NCBI GenBank assembly: GCA_011109175.1
Contig: RDEW01000053.1
Coordinates: 257,662-290,661 of the forward strand
Direction of reading: 5' to 3'
Origin: Dicyema japonicum
Lineage: Eukaryota; Animalia; Dicyemida
Length of the DNA stretch: 33,000 nt
Made by a program: the position numbers and the translations under genes. This document shows positions 11,201 through 23,433 of this stretch, one piece after another. Numbering within the stretch: the stretch's first letter is position 1; each line of letters begins with the position of its first letter. Under the pieces are notes generated by a model. The model did not search any database. It saw nothing but the letters and a program-made list of their open reading frames with translations, and was not told the origin of the DNA.

Positions 11201-13519
11201 ACATTGTGCTTCCCTCCTGTTCACTATTTATTAATTATTTTCATCATTAAATTTATTTTAGAAACCAATTGAGAACAGGAGTTAATTATTCCAACATGGA
11301 AGTTAGCTCTATGATTGCTTGTATATCTTCACCAAAGAATACAAATTTGTTTTTAATCAATAACTCAATTTTGAATAACAAATTAATCAAATAATTTGAT
11401 AAGTTTTTAAATTATATATGTTGACAGTCCATAACTGGAGTTGAAAAATATTCAGGTATCATTTATATAGCAAAACTATTAAATATTACAATTTGAATGG
11501 GTTTTGAATCTAAAATTGTTACTCGTGATAGTTTTTGATAATTTGGAAAATAGATGAAACCATTTAATAATTGCAATAACTGATTTTATAGATATACAAA
11601 TTAACTAACCTCTTAGCACAATTCTGTGTTTTAACAAGTTAGCCGATTGTTTCGACACACTCCACAGTGCTAGTGGTATGTACTACAGACGAATCTACAG
11701 AAATCGGTCGGATAAATGTGTCTACCAGCACTTGTTATGTCCTCTTTTCTACATCTTGTTTTCAAAATACTTATATCCAGTCACTACGCTGTCACTTTTT
11801 TCATTATGTTAATAATATACATTTTAAATGTAAAAATATACATTTTTAGGCGTCAGAATTAATCGTAGATGTATCACTTAAAGTAAGTCACCAGTTTACA
11901 ATCTTTGAACAGTTCACTAATAACTAATCTCATAATTATTAAAATAAATTTGTTTTATTTTCTTTAAAAAATACGTCATTATAATAAAATCATGATTATT
12001 TTAAATAATGCTTCATGTAAAAAATTCAAGTTATTTAACGTCCGCGTAGTCGTATGGTCAAACATAATAACAACAGAAGTTGGTAAAATTTATAAATTTG
12101 CTATTCTTAAAAAATCCAGTTCACTACGCCATCATTTTTTCATTATGTTAAAATTTTGTTGATAATTTACATTTTTTATGTTGATGTTAGAAACTAATCA
12201 GCAAGAGTTTCTATTATGGGATTTTAGCCTTCGCCGACAAAATTAATATCGTCTGCGTGTATTATTTCTGTTCATTTGACTTTTATTCAGAAGTCTTTTA
12301 ACCCCATTTTTACAAAAGATCAGAGTCTTCTCGAGGGATGCCACAAGATAATTCAAAGTATTGAGATTTCGAGTCACCAATATCCATTCCTTCCAAATGC
12401 TAATCCAAAGAGAATATTCTCCATATCTTGCTCTGGGAACGAAGTTGAGAATCCTTGAGGCAGGAAAAAACTAATCAGATTTATTATTAATTTGATCAAC
12501 AGACTAAAATAAATTGTATTATAACAGCATTATTTGCCAGCATTCTTTTGTGCTCTTTGTAGTCTAGCACGATTTGCATAGGTTTCCGTGAAGCATTTGG
12601 GAGTCTTAACATACTTAATACGACCTTGTGATCGCTATTTGTCAATGTTCTAAAAGGGAGTTCATTAGTAGCCTTTTGAGAGTATGTTTACATATAATAT
12701 AATCGATTTGGGTAAAAATACCTATTTTCTCTCCTTTTTATTTTAGGTCATACATAAGTCTATCAGACAGTTTCCAGGTGAATTGGAAAAACCACTTCCG
12801 TAGTTTCAAATGCTGTTTTAACTACTACGTATAATTCCTGTTTTGGAATTCTATTCTCTTTTACAAAACATAGTCTCCGGAACAGTGCTAAGAGTATATT
12901 TCGGATAGAATCGAAAAAAAATCATTAAGCTCATCTATTGAAATTATCACTCTTCATGTGTGGGGAGAATTCAAATTAGAATTCATGAAGTGAATACTTT
13001 GTGTCCATACGATCCTGAAAAATGGAAAACCAAGTTGCAGTAGGGAGAACTATACACCGACAAGTCTCATTTGTTGTGTGTCAAAGATAACGAAAAATGG
13101 TTTTCAACAGATTCTCCATTCATCTCTAGAATGGGAATTTTTTCTGACAATCAGTGGAGTGACTGGCTATTGTTTTACAATTCTGATAGAAGCTACACTG
13201 CCCATAATATTAGGGAATACCTTACTACGTGTCTGAATATCTTTAAAATTTTTGATAATGATTGGTGGTATTGTACACATTTTTTACTAGACCAATATTG
13301 GTTAAAAGAGTATCTTTTCATGAGAAAGTCGTCAATTCTTGTTGGAAGTCGAACATCGAAAAAATACCCTTCTGATGTTCGTTAATTATATTAGTTTTGT
13401 CAACGACTCCGTTTTTACTAAATCAGCCATTAAGTCAACAAGAATGTAGTCCTATCAAAGTAATCTTTTCAGATTTGAAAAAGTAAATTGTTGTTTTGGT
13501 AATTGAAAACACTTTATAA

Positions 13520-13770
13520 TTATAATAACACCAGAGACCACAGTTACACAAACTAACTAATCACGTGATTCCAACACGCTCTAGCAGGGGCCTCATCTTG
13601 GCCCGATGATCCTCCTTTGACCCCACACAAGCACGTATCGATCGAGTGACTAGATCTTTGCAGTCACGACGGCACGTTTCATGGTTCATTCGTATCAAAG
13701 CTAAAAGAACCATTGGTGGCATGAACTCTCCAGAAATCCTGCCTTTCGTGATTTTGAAAGCTCATTTAGT
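13520..13770 (-). mobile_element. LINE 3' end, same family as the 30567 element
   Basis: Aligns by eye over ~230 bp with 30575-30805 (e.g. GTTACACAAACTAACTA, CACAAGCACGTATCG, AACTCTCCAGAAAT), including the TTA-rich tail. Confidence 0.85.
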
Positions 13771-13864
13771 TTCTATAAAGTGGAAACACTTTAGTTTCTA
13801 TAAAGTGATATAATTCGACGTGTAATCAAAATTAAAAATTAAACTGATTGGAAAGTAATTAATA

Positions 13865-14440
13865 ATTATTTTATTCCAGCCAGTTTTATTGATGCGGGCG
13901 TTTTTCTCTGGACCGTTAAGGAGACTAACTGGATAAGCCATTACATTTCACAGTCATCGTGACTTATGAGCGAGGCTATATGTCCGAGTTTCTTGAGGAA
14001 AATCAGTGACTTACTGTTGATTGATCCAGTTTTTTCTACAACAGTCGCGTGGAAAATACATCGGTTGAGGAGTCCTCTATTCCTTTTTTTAGATCTCTTT
14101 ACTTTCTCTGCAGCGTAGTGCCTTTATCTGTTCTCTCGATGATGTTTGTGTAGGAGAGAGAATCGGCAGATGTTGCATCCTAATCTAATGGTTTCCCTCC
14201 TCGAACGAAAAATTGTTTCTCCGTCCGGTCGCTTTCAGACTCCCTTGCCGAAGTTTATGGGTTCGGGTATGGAGGGGTAACCAACATACACCAGGGCTCG
14301 CTTCACAATCATGTTAATCTTGAGAATTTTCCTGCACTTCTTCAGCAAGAAAGGGCATGGAGTCCATAACAGTCGACAGTACTACCACACTAACATTTGC
14401 TAGTCTTGCAAATCTAGTCAAAGTCTGATAAAGATGCCGT
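13865..14440 (-). mobile_element. CRE-clade 3' fragment
   Basis: LHALSC*RSAGKFSR, IVKRALVYVGYPSIPEP, KRPDG, DATSADS, SLIFLKKLG, WLIQLVSLTVQR. Confidence 0.85.
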
Positions 14441-14679
14441 ACGAACAGCATCGTCGTCAGGGCTAGTCCTACGAAATAGACAGAATGCCTACGAAATAGT
14501 CTCTCAACGTCAAGATAGTAGAATCTAGAGGAATTTTAGTCACTGAAAATAAACAGCCAAACGTTTCTCCGTGAAAATCAAATCTTTACAGAACAACTAC
14601 TCTTCCTTATACTCATTTCTGATCACGATTCGTATCTTTTCTCCATATCAACTAAATGTATTTTTGCAATGTACTAAAC

Positions 14680-15700
14680 AATGCCAAATATTAAAGTTTT
14701 CGATTTCATATCTATTATGGGGCGACCTAAACGGCAAAACCGTGAACTACAGATGCTATATAACAAACATTGACGGACTAAAAATAGAAATTCAGCGTGA
14801 GAGAGCCGGATTCGAAATCATGACGTCGGAGGAGCAAACCACTTCTCTCACCACGGAAGAGATATACTTGGTGTGTTTTTAGTATCACCATCACTATGCA
14901 CTTACATAGAGAGGCCGAGGAATATGTAGCAGTGATCATATTCTTCAGAAACTAGTTCAACACCTTACTCAGATGTCACGGAAACAGTATTTATGAAATA
15001 TGACATGTCACGATTTGACTGTGAACACTACCGAATTTACCGTACCAAAGAACCTTCAAAGTTGGAAAGAGAATAAGTCACTGATTGAAATTGATAATAT
15101 GGACCAAAATCTCGAAATCGTCATAGAGAAATATACCAAGAAGAAATTCTCGAATGTCAGCCCAAAAAAAAGTATCGACATTTCACCCATTACCTTTGGT
15201 GAAATTTTTTTTTGCTGCTATGGGAAATACTATATAAACCTCATTCCATAATCAGCCAGATCACTCTCGTAGTTTTTTTATGGTGGACTTAACATTAAAA
15301 CTCCGGCAGAAGCAGTCAGGTAACGAGTAACGCATGTGAAATAAGATGATTAAAGATCTGGCAAATATTGTGCTGAAATGAATAAAAAGACTTTCTTACA
15401 GATCTTTAGAAAAGCAAAGTGGATGTCGAAAAAGGAGATCAACAGCCGATGGGGTTTGAAGCCACTGATGGAGGTGTTTACACATCAAAGATACAATAAC
15501 CCGGGATTGACTTATCAACAGTCTTCGACACTGTCAATAGACATAAACTTATGGTGGCGACATGAAAAAAGTGGCACCTCAAAATATGAAAGTGCCATAG
15601 ATGAAACCTCATTGTGAAATGAACTAATTGGAAAATATGTGGTAATATAGATTATTAAGAGAGAAATCATCAGAGTGACTGTAAATTTATGGAGCATATG
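14680..15700 (+). mobile_element. Decayed APE-RT LINE remnants
   Basis: LLWGDLNGK (APE GDFN motif) at ~14715 and IDLSTVFDTVNRHKL (RT D..KAFD motif) at ~15505-15550. Confidence 0.55.
14790..14862 (-). repeat. tRNA-like SINE head remnant
   Basis: Reverse complement CCGTGGTGAGAGAAGTGGTT...GATTTCGAATCCGG gives degenerate A and B boxes. I cannot fold a convincing cloverleaf. Confidence 0.35.
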
Positions 15701-17075
15701 TCATTTCTCCATGTGGTACACACGAGAGAGTTAAAAAGTAAAAAATTGTAATCACTATTTGGTATTATAGAGAGGCGAGATTTTAAGTAGTGTCTCGTAT
15801 TATAAAAGTTAAGAGAAATTAATTGCTTGCATAAGGATAACATGATTAAACTAGACTTAACATTAGTAAATAATTAATATGTTTAAGTTTTATGCACTGT
15901 ATACCCCGAAAAAACCTACATGGAATATTTGGGATTATTTGTGCAATTAAGAAAATCAATATTAAACAAAAAATTATTTTTGGTAAAAACTAAACAAAAA
16001 CAGTAACAAATTTTTAATATGATAAGTATTTTTTCTTGGCGTTGTTATTTCTTTAATTTTACGTTTTGACTCATCGTACTGTTATTATTTCCCTTTCTAT
16101 TTGAAATAAAGGCATCCACTTTTCTGAGTATTGACATTGATCCTTGATTTTGTTCAACAACTTCTTTACACTTTGTTTTACTTGAAATATTTCTCAAATT
16201 ATTGTTATTTTTAACATTCTTGTATTTCCTTAGTATAAGTGAATCAGTTTTGTCATTTATTACATTGACCGTTTCTTCTAATTGTTTATTGTGATTTGCT
16301 TGATTAATCATTTCCAAAGACATTGATTTATAATTGTTATTTGGTAGGTTTCTGCTATTGGAGAAAATTTTAGGTTTTTGAATTGGCAGGAGACTTTTTA
16401 CATTCGTAATTTTGAGATTAAGTTATCCTTGGTTGTGTGAGTGGATAAGGATAATGGAATAATTAATCTATTTTTAGTTTTCTTATGGCTGATTTTACTT
16501 GTATCTCCTGTAGAGAGCGAGTAAGAAACTAAAATATCGATTCCACCTTAAATTTTGATTACTCACATGTAGACAAATAAGACTAATCTCAAGGGGATAG
16601 TCATTTGAGTCAAGTACGGTCAATGTAGTACTCCAATCACCTTCATTATGCATTACTATTGCCCTTAAATATTTTACAGATCTATTACTGGATTTTACGA
16701 CGTAGTAATAATCGGTTGTTCTTTGATCCAACCAATAATACGTATATAAAAGTATCACGAGTTTTTAAAATTTGCATAATTATTCCTTGGTTGCGGGAAC
16801 TGGGATCACTAGTTGATTTTACTTTTGTCTTTCTTTCTCGATGATCCCGGGGTTAATAAATAAATAAATTATATACGCGTTTTCATGAATGAAGTCGTAT
16901 TATATTGCATATAAACATCACATGAAATTGTTAAAGCTCATTCTCGAAGAAAAGTTAGTGAAATGTTTTAAGAGTTCAAGAAAATGGAACATTCTGCTTC
17001 CTTAACGCTGAAAAGTATCCCTGACTTTTTTGTCCAATCTGTTTTTAGCTTCACTTTTAAATAGAAATACAAATA

Positions 17076-17133
17076 CAGTAAACCCTCATTAATCCGAACA
17101 CAAAAATTTGGATGGCTTTCTGATTGTGAAGGG
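17076..17133 (+). mobile_element. Left terminal region of the same pogo-like family, interrupted by SINE A
   Basis: TA|CAGTAAACCCTCATTAATCCGAACACAAAAATTTGGATGGCTTTC matches the reverse complement of 7327-7388. Confidence 0.65.
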
Positions 17134-17457
17134 TGCGTAGCGCCATGTGGTGCTGCGTGGTTAATTGGTTTAAATTTTCTGCTTGCTTGTCTGTTCCTCC
17201 TCTCTCTTCCTATTAGAGTGGCGTCATGTGATCCATCTGTCTAGGTGACGCTCAGTGCCAGGCCGGCATGAAAAAGGATCATTTGCTCTTCCCCACTCCA
17301 CTGGAGGGGTTTCCACAACTGCATGTAATGGACGTCTTACCCTTTATGCTGATTCCGGATGGAATCTGTTTCTGTAGAAGTGGAAACTGGATGCACTTAA
17401 TTAGTTGCTTACTTTAACTTCTTTTCGGTGTATCCGGGTTAATAAATAATAATAATA
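17134..17457 (+). mobile_element. SINE-like family A, copy 2, with 11-bp TSD
   Basis: ATTGTGAAGGG at 17123-17133 and 17458-17468 flanks the element and its (AAT)n tail. Removing the element restores the pogo-like end seen uninterrupted at 7327-7388. Confidence 0.9.
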
Positions 17458-17639
17458 ATTGTGAAGGGAATAATGGAAATGCTTTCTACGATCCTGTGCG
17501 TCTCCATTGTTCCCACTGTCGAATGGAAATGCTTTCTTCGATCCTTGTAGAGGAAGCCGACTGTGGAAGGAAATTTCTTAGCCAATCGATTTTCTTTTGC
17601 GTAGAACAGTGATAGGCTTAGTGGGTGTTTTCCAGAACT

Positions 17640-17745
17640 GAATCCGTGTTGGAAATTCGGTTGAGTTAAGTAAGGAATAATTTCAGATAGGATCAACTTT
17701 TCCAACACTTTTGATATAGTAGAGGTCAATGAGATTTGTCTGTAT
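17640..17745 (-). mobile_element. Short RT fragment, close relative of 3819-3923
   Basis: YRQISLTSTISKVLEKLILSEIIPYLTQPNFQHGF; roughly 90% nucleotide identity to 3819-3923 by eye. Confidence 0.85.
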
Positions 17746-17774
17746 TATAATCAAGGACATACTTACTACGGATC

Positions 17775-18480
17775 CTTAATTATTATTTATTTATTTAATA
17801 ACCCCGAAAAGGGAACAGAAGGAGTAAACCAACTAATTAAGTGATTCCGTTACGCCTCAAAAGGATCAAGAGGTTTTTCCTGTGTTCCTCCGGAGTACCC
17901 ACGGCTTTCGTGAATAGACGACGATCATCTTTCATTAGAGTTTGAAAAGGGGTCGGATTTTCCCCCAAATTTCGTGTATTTGAGGCCACTAGCCTTGAAT
18001 AGAAGAAACGACTTGTTTCTTGGCCACACAGACCGATGAAGCCGGAGCCATTAATTTTGATTGCGGCGTAATCAAGCATTGGAGGAAAAGACCGGGGGGT
18101 AGATTCGTATTTCATCAAAGGGTTAAATGTCACCCCAGGATAGTTAGACGAATCTGTAATGGTAAGGAGTTTTCATAAATGTTCAAATCCAGTTTTTCTT
18201 ATCTGTCCGTAGTGAAGATTGTGTACGTTGATTTATCCCTGGATATGGAGAGACGATTCAACTTCAACCAGGCTCCCATGTCGTCAATATGTGACTAAAG
18301 CTCTGATTTTGCTGTACCCACGTATTTGTTCCTGCTAGCATGATTAGGTCGTCAGCATAAGTGAGAATCATTGAATCTGGTTTTCCAGGGCAGGGTAAAT
18401 CGTTGAGAAATAAGTTGAATAACGCCGGAGAGAGGGGTGATTTTTGAGGGACGCCATTTGGTAGGAGACGTTTCCTTCAA
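17775..18480 (-). mobile_element. 5'-truncated LINE with intact 3' tail
   Basis: NGVPQKSPLSPALFNLFLNDLP..ILTYADDLI, then a C-terminal ORF (17837-18133), a 3' UTR motif and a (TAAA)n tail. Confidence 0.9.
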
Positions 18481-18571
18481 GTGAAGGAAACCGGTGTCTA
18501 ACATTAATAAATAAATATTCTAAAATATTTAAAAAAAATAATTAAAAAAATGAATTACTAAATTAATCGAC

Positions 18572-18898
18572 GCGTGGCGCTATATGTAGTTTCGTGCCTA
18601 ATTGGTTGAAATTTTCTGTTTGTTTGTCTGTTGCTTCTCTCTCTATCTATTAGAGTGCCATCATGTGATCACCTGTCTAGATGGCGCCCAGTGTCTGACT
18701 GGCACTAAAAAGGATCATTTGCTTTCCCCCACTCCACTGGAGGGGTTTCCACAACTGCATGTATGGATGTCATTTTCATTTTATGATGATTCCGGATGGA
18801 CTCTGTTTTTGTACAAGTGGAAACTGGATACACTAAATTATTTGTTTACTTCAACTACCTTTTCGGTGTATCCAGGGTTAATAAATTAATTAAATAAA
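18572..18898 (+). mobile_element. SINE-like family A, copy 3
   Basis: Full-length alignment to copies 1 and 2. Confidence 0.85.
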
Positions 18899-19049
18899 GT
18901 TATTCTGAATTATAATTTTTAGACTAATCCTTGAAATAGAATTCATGTGGCTTCCTGTTTCTGGTAAAGTAAGTTTTAGAATTTACTTTACATATGAAAA
19001 GGACAGCGTATTCCCCAAATCCAATAAGATTGTCCTACGTAATTTCAGC

Positions 19050-20450
19050 CTTTGTGGTCTGCCCACCCGACTTGGTGAAACCCATCTGTGCTCTCCGATG
19101 ACATAAAACCAAACCCTGGGCCATCAAACAAGGACCTTCTTAAATTCAGGACGCAGAACTTTGCTTACTTCAATAAAAAAGAAACAGGTCCCAGTCTTCA
19201 GAAACAGGTCCCAGTCTTCCCAGGCTATAACATTATGCAACGTGACCGCCCTATTGGTCCAAGTGTGGAGTAGTTATAATTGTCAAAAAGGAAATTTCAT
19301 TTACGGAAACAATACATGTCCAAAAACCAGCCCGAAGACGAAAGGGAAATCCACTTATTTCTTAATTAGAATAATCTAGTTTTTTAGCAACCCTACATTC
19401 AATACAAGGACTCCTTATAGAGCAAATGACAAGAGTCCCTACCCACTGTACATTCACTTGTCTAAAATCTCTGTCCTAACCAAGTGGTCACTGATTTACT
19501 ATACTTGAAGTAACTGTAATCCTATTCTCATTACGTTCAAATGAAGATGTCTATAGAAAGTTTATCTTAGCCCGGGACTACAAAATCCTTTGCACGAAGA
19601 AACCTTTCCGCGCAACCGATACATCCGGGAGGGAAAGAAATTGCTTTAAAGTCTACAAATTCAATAATGGCAACATGATAGGATTCGTGACTTGGAGAGA
19701 TATCAGAAACAAGGCAAAGATGAAACAGGAGAGAGTCTGTTCTAACCTCATGTCCATTTTAAGCAAACATACCCCTTCACGAGGATTTGGAATATTCACC
19801 AACTTTGTTAGGACGCCTCCTTGCAAAAACATGGAGAACGAGAATTTTTTAAACAAAATAATGAAACTTGGGATAAAAAGAACCTTATGTGAAGAATTTA
19901 CTTACAGAAGGCTTTTGACTCCATTCTGATGAAATTAATTGCTAGGAAGATCAAACAATTCGAAAATTTCGATTGTAAACTTTTTTAACCGACGAAGAGG
20001 AAGAGTAATTTCACATCCCATATTTTCTGTTACCAAATGCCTGGTCGGCATTCAAAAGGATCCAACTATTCTTTCCATCAGGAGACAATTTCGTTCCCTG
20101 GCGACAAGTTCTTGAATTGACTTCAGCTGCCGTACAGCATCCTCTGGATCAATGTTCTAGGTTGAGGACGAAGAGGAAGGGTAATTGCATGATCCACATA
20201 TTCTGTAACTAAACTGGGGCTTATAGGGATCTTAACTCTCATCCATTCTCTAAAACTTCTCTATGAGAGATATGCCTTCCTGTAGCAGCGACAACACTCT
20301 GGTCCTCGCTTATGCTGACAACATAATCTTATCAACAAGAGACATTGTGATACTCATCAGGTACTCGCTTACTAGATTTACTGGTCAACCTATTGTTGTA
20401 TCTTCCAGATAAGAAAACCGAAAGTGACTCTCATAATTTCACATAGTTCA
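19050..20450 (+). mobile_element. Degenerate LINE ORF2 (2A-like motif, APE, RT), with deletions and nested pieces
   Basis: LSDDIKPNPGP (19091-19123), FPGYNIMQRDRP (APE), YLQKAFDS (~19900) and LAYADNII (~20310). Confidence 0.75.
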
Positions 20451-21215
20451 ACGATTTCTTCTCTGTCCAAGAGTCAAAGATGTACAGTGTCAGTTCTCCT
20501 TCTATTAAGGGTATATTACAGGGTTTTCACTTCAAAGTGAGAATTTATTCACATTAATGTGAGAATTATTCACATCGAAGTACCTTTATTGATCCTTTAA
20601 AACTACTCTGAATTCTCTGAAATTGGAGATGTCTGAGTTTGTGAACAACTCAAGTTTGTAGAGACGTTGATCCTCAACCACAGCCCTTTCATATCCTAAT
20701 CAAATGGAGAATGAAATCATTATTACAAACAGTTGTAGGTGGCAGGAATTATTTAATTTAGTGGAAAATGTTGAAATATCCATTTTTGATCTAATTCTAC
20801 TACTGAGTCTGTGATGGAGACGAACTACATGTGGCACAAAAAGATATGTGTCAAATGAAAGAAACCTCAGATCATGAAGTCACGAAAGTGATGTCATGTC
20901 TTGAAAAAATAAGTTCAATGTATTATATGATGTCATGTCTTGAAAAAATAAGCAATTTTCAGATCTGAGGCTACGACTGACTTTCAAAATGCGCAAGCCT
21001 GAATGGCAGCGTTGTGACATGACTTGATTGAAGATTTCTCTTTTTTTTCTGGTGGTGTCATTGGATCCACCTTACTCATGAGACAGCCAGTACCTGACCT
21101 GCGTTCAAAAGAATCCATCTATCATTCCACCGGGAGACACTTTGGTCACTGGCGACGAGTTCTGTAATTGACTACAGCTCCCTGGACAGCGCTCTCTGGA
21201 TCACTGTGCTTGCTT
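20030..21215 (-). repeat. Two related dispersed fragments (20030-20165 and 21050-21215), probable LINE 3' regions; a weaker relative lies at ~24460-24500
   Basis: Shared GGAGACA..TT..G..CTGGCGAC.AGTTCT..AATTGACT.CAGCT.CC.T..CAGC...CTCTGGATCA. Strand assignment is tentative. Confidence 0.5.
20889..20952 (+). repeat. 25-bp direct repeat, two copies, period 39
   Basis: TGATGTCATGTCTTGAAAAAATAAG at 20889-20913 and 20928-20952. Confidence 0.85.
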
Positions 21216-21829
21216 TGGAATAATTTATATGTATTATTTTTTTAAAGAACTTTTGATGCGTTCTTTGAAGTTGTCATTCTCCTCATCTAGCTGTAACCCG
21301 CTTTTAGCGAAAAAAATCCCTGTCTAACGCGACTTTATGAGGAGAGGGTATATGCATATTCATGATGGTCGATGTATAACTGAGATGATGATGTACTTTA
21401 TGGAGGAGGAAGATTTTTTTTTTGAATTTGAGTAAATGATTTCTTTTTTTTATAAACTCCTCCACGGCCAGAATCATCTGAAAACGATGTAGCCGAGAAG
21501 GAAAGGTAGTAGAAAAGCGCATGTTTTTATTATATTTTTCAAAAAGTTTCTTAGTTATAGAACCATTCCATAACTACCCCGTTAATGTTGAGTTAAATTA
21601 AGGTGAGGGCTTAGATAGACCAGGGTCGTAGTTTATGTATCCAGAAATTTTCGCAAGGGTTTCTGACAAGTCAGGTGTGAGAGGCGAAAAAGGGAGGCAT
21701 CTAAGAGGGGGGTTATTTAGTTCAGTAATCATTAATTAATTCATAATTTACATATTAATTTTTTTGTTAATAACGCTAAATTAATTTATTATTACCACAG
21801 GATCACTGAGTCAATCAGAAAGAAATAAA

Positions 21830-22000
21830 AGTTCTCAACTAGTGATCCCAGAAGGCCGCTATCGTGGAAGACCTAGAACAAAACTCCCAATAGTTTTACA
21901 AAAAGACCTGGTCAATATCAAAAGAAATCTAAAAATTGCCGATGATTTGGACAACATGAAAGCTTCGCTAGGAACAGGGTAGCATGGAAAAGGATGACAT
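21830..22000 (+). mobile_element. RTE-type 3' end
   Basis: PEGRYRGRPRTKLPIVLQKDL...DDLDNMK matches the RTE C-terminal RGRP motif. Confidence 0.65.
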
Positions 22001-22329
22001 TTAACCTTTTTTCTTTGCTGCACATGCGGGGCTATAATTAGTATAGCTCTTGTTAAGTGCTTAAATAATAATAATAAGTGATCCCAGACCGACAGAGGAG
22101 ATGACGAGTCCGGCAGAGTCGAGAATCCTGACCAGCTCTTCTCATTGGAAATGACATAGGCTCAAACTATTTACATGTTTGTAGATATTTCGATATTATA
22201 TGAAACAAGGGGCAGCTTGGTATTCAAATAGTATGAGGGACAATATCCAGGAGGCGTGTGTTGAGAGATACTCTATTTTTTATAATTTTTAAATCAGTCA
22301 TACAGCCTAACTTCATCCTTACTTTTCGG

Positions 22330-23430
22330 GGACTTCCTTATACATTTATATCTGGAGTCACAGGGAGATTCCCTTGAACACTTATTATTTTGTTTTGCAA
22401 TAGAGATAATCACCAAACTTCCGCGCTCGACCTTCAACATATGGTATTTGGATGATGCGGTCCTCGGAGGACCCCCGAACTGTTTTCCTGAATTTGGAAG
22501 TGATAATTCCAGCACTGTCGTAAGCTTGACTGGAAATAAATTACACTAGATGCGAAATCTACAATTGCGTACTTTCAGAAAAGAAGCATTCAACATTTAC
22601 CATCGTCGCTAATTGCTTGTAACACCCTTGTCATAAGGATTCTACATTCCCTCCCTGAATTCTCTATTGATCAAGACGACGGCCATACTCGTGAGGCCTG
22701 GAACCGTACTTATCATCTTTCCCTGCCATCCGCGTTCTTTCAGCAGTGACTGGACGATGCTCTATGCTAGAATTTTTTATAAGATTTGCTGGTGTTATCT
22801 AGCCAACATCGCCGTGCCTGTTTGTTGTCGGGGCCATCTTCCGAGAGCGGTGCCTGGCTCAGCGCCATTCCACATTGAGTTTTGGGTACCTTCCTGAATG
22901 ATGAATGCGGCCGTATTGGGATCTCATTACGACTGGGATTAAAAGTCTGTTTTCCGCATCCGTGCCGATGCGAGACCAGATTAACTGTTCTGGCATACCC
23001 CTCTCTCCTGCAGAAAGAGTGCAGGCAGATTTCCCAGACACATGGCCTTGAACGAAGTTGTTAGGAGAGCTTAGGACCCCGCCGGACACCCCTCCATGCT
23101 CGAACCAGTCGGTTTTCGCAGGTGAGACGGGAACGACCAGATAGGATGACAATCTTCCCTTTTGAAGCCGGTAAACCTCTTGTCTGGGTCGACATCTGCA
23201 CCGACACGTTTGCCTCTTGCACCTACTCCAAAGTGCCTCTGGAGCCTGTTCTGCCGCTGAGAAGGCCGAGAAGTTGAAATGGGAATAGTACCAAGGGTTT
23301 CGTTTGTCCCACTCGTCGTTGAGACGTCTAGTTTTCTTGGAATTCTTGAGTCGTCTAGGGAATCGAATTGGACACGATCAGAAGATTTGAGCGAATCTCG
23401 CTTGCCATCCTGAGAGGGAATAGTCAAAAA
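22330..23430 (+). mobile_element. CRE-clade element, RT through endonuclease, degenerate
   Basis: QGDSL..LFCFAI, WYLDDAVLGG, RIGISLRLGL, CRC, CRKSAGRFPRH, ICTDTF, VVETS, ERISLAILRGN. Confidence 0.9.
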
Positions 23431-23433
23431 AAG

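Noticed and set aside
11775-12170. ~45-bp direct repeat about 340 bp apart (ATCCAGT.CACTACGC...TTTTTTCATTATGTTAA)
   Set aside because: The repeat is real but I could not assign an element or function; probably a decayed tandem duplication.
12250-13400. Harbinger- or P-like transposase remnant on the minus strand (VFPNIMGSV, SGSYGHKVF)
   Set aside because: Motif matches are weak and scattered among stops. A translated HMM search is needed.
16045-16500. Asn/Lys-rich minus-strand ORF as a gene or LINE ORF1
   Set aside because: Low complexity, with no recognisable motif or intron pattern.
6354-18898. Repeated ORFs (6384-6596, 18602-18889) as a small protein family
   Set aside because: They lie within SINE A, start at TTG, and the frames are not conserved between copies.
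19181-19219. 20-bp tandem duplication GAAACAGGTCCCAGTCTTC
   Set aside because: Ordinary post-insertion duplication inside a dead APE sequence.
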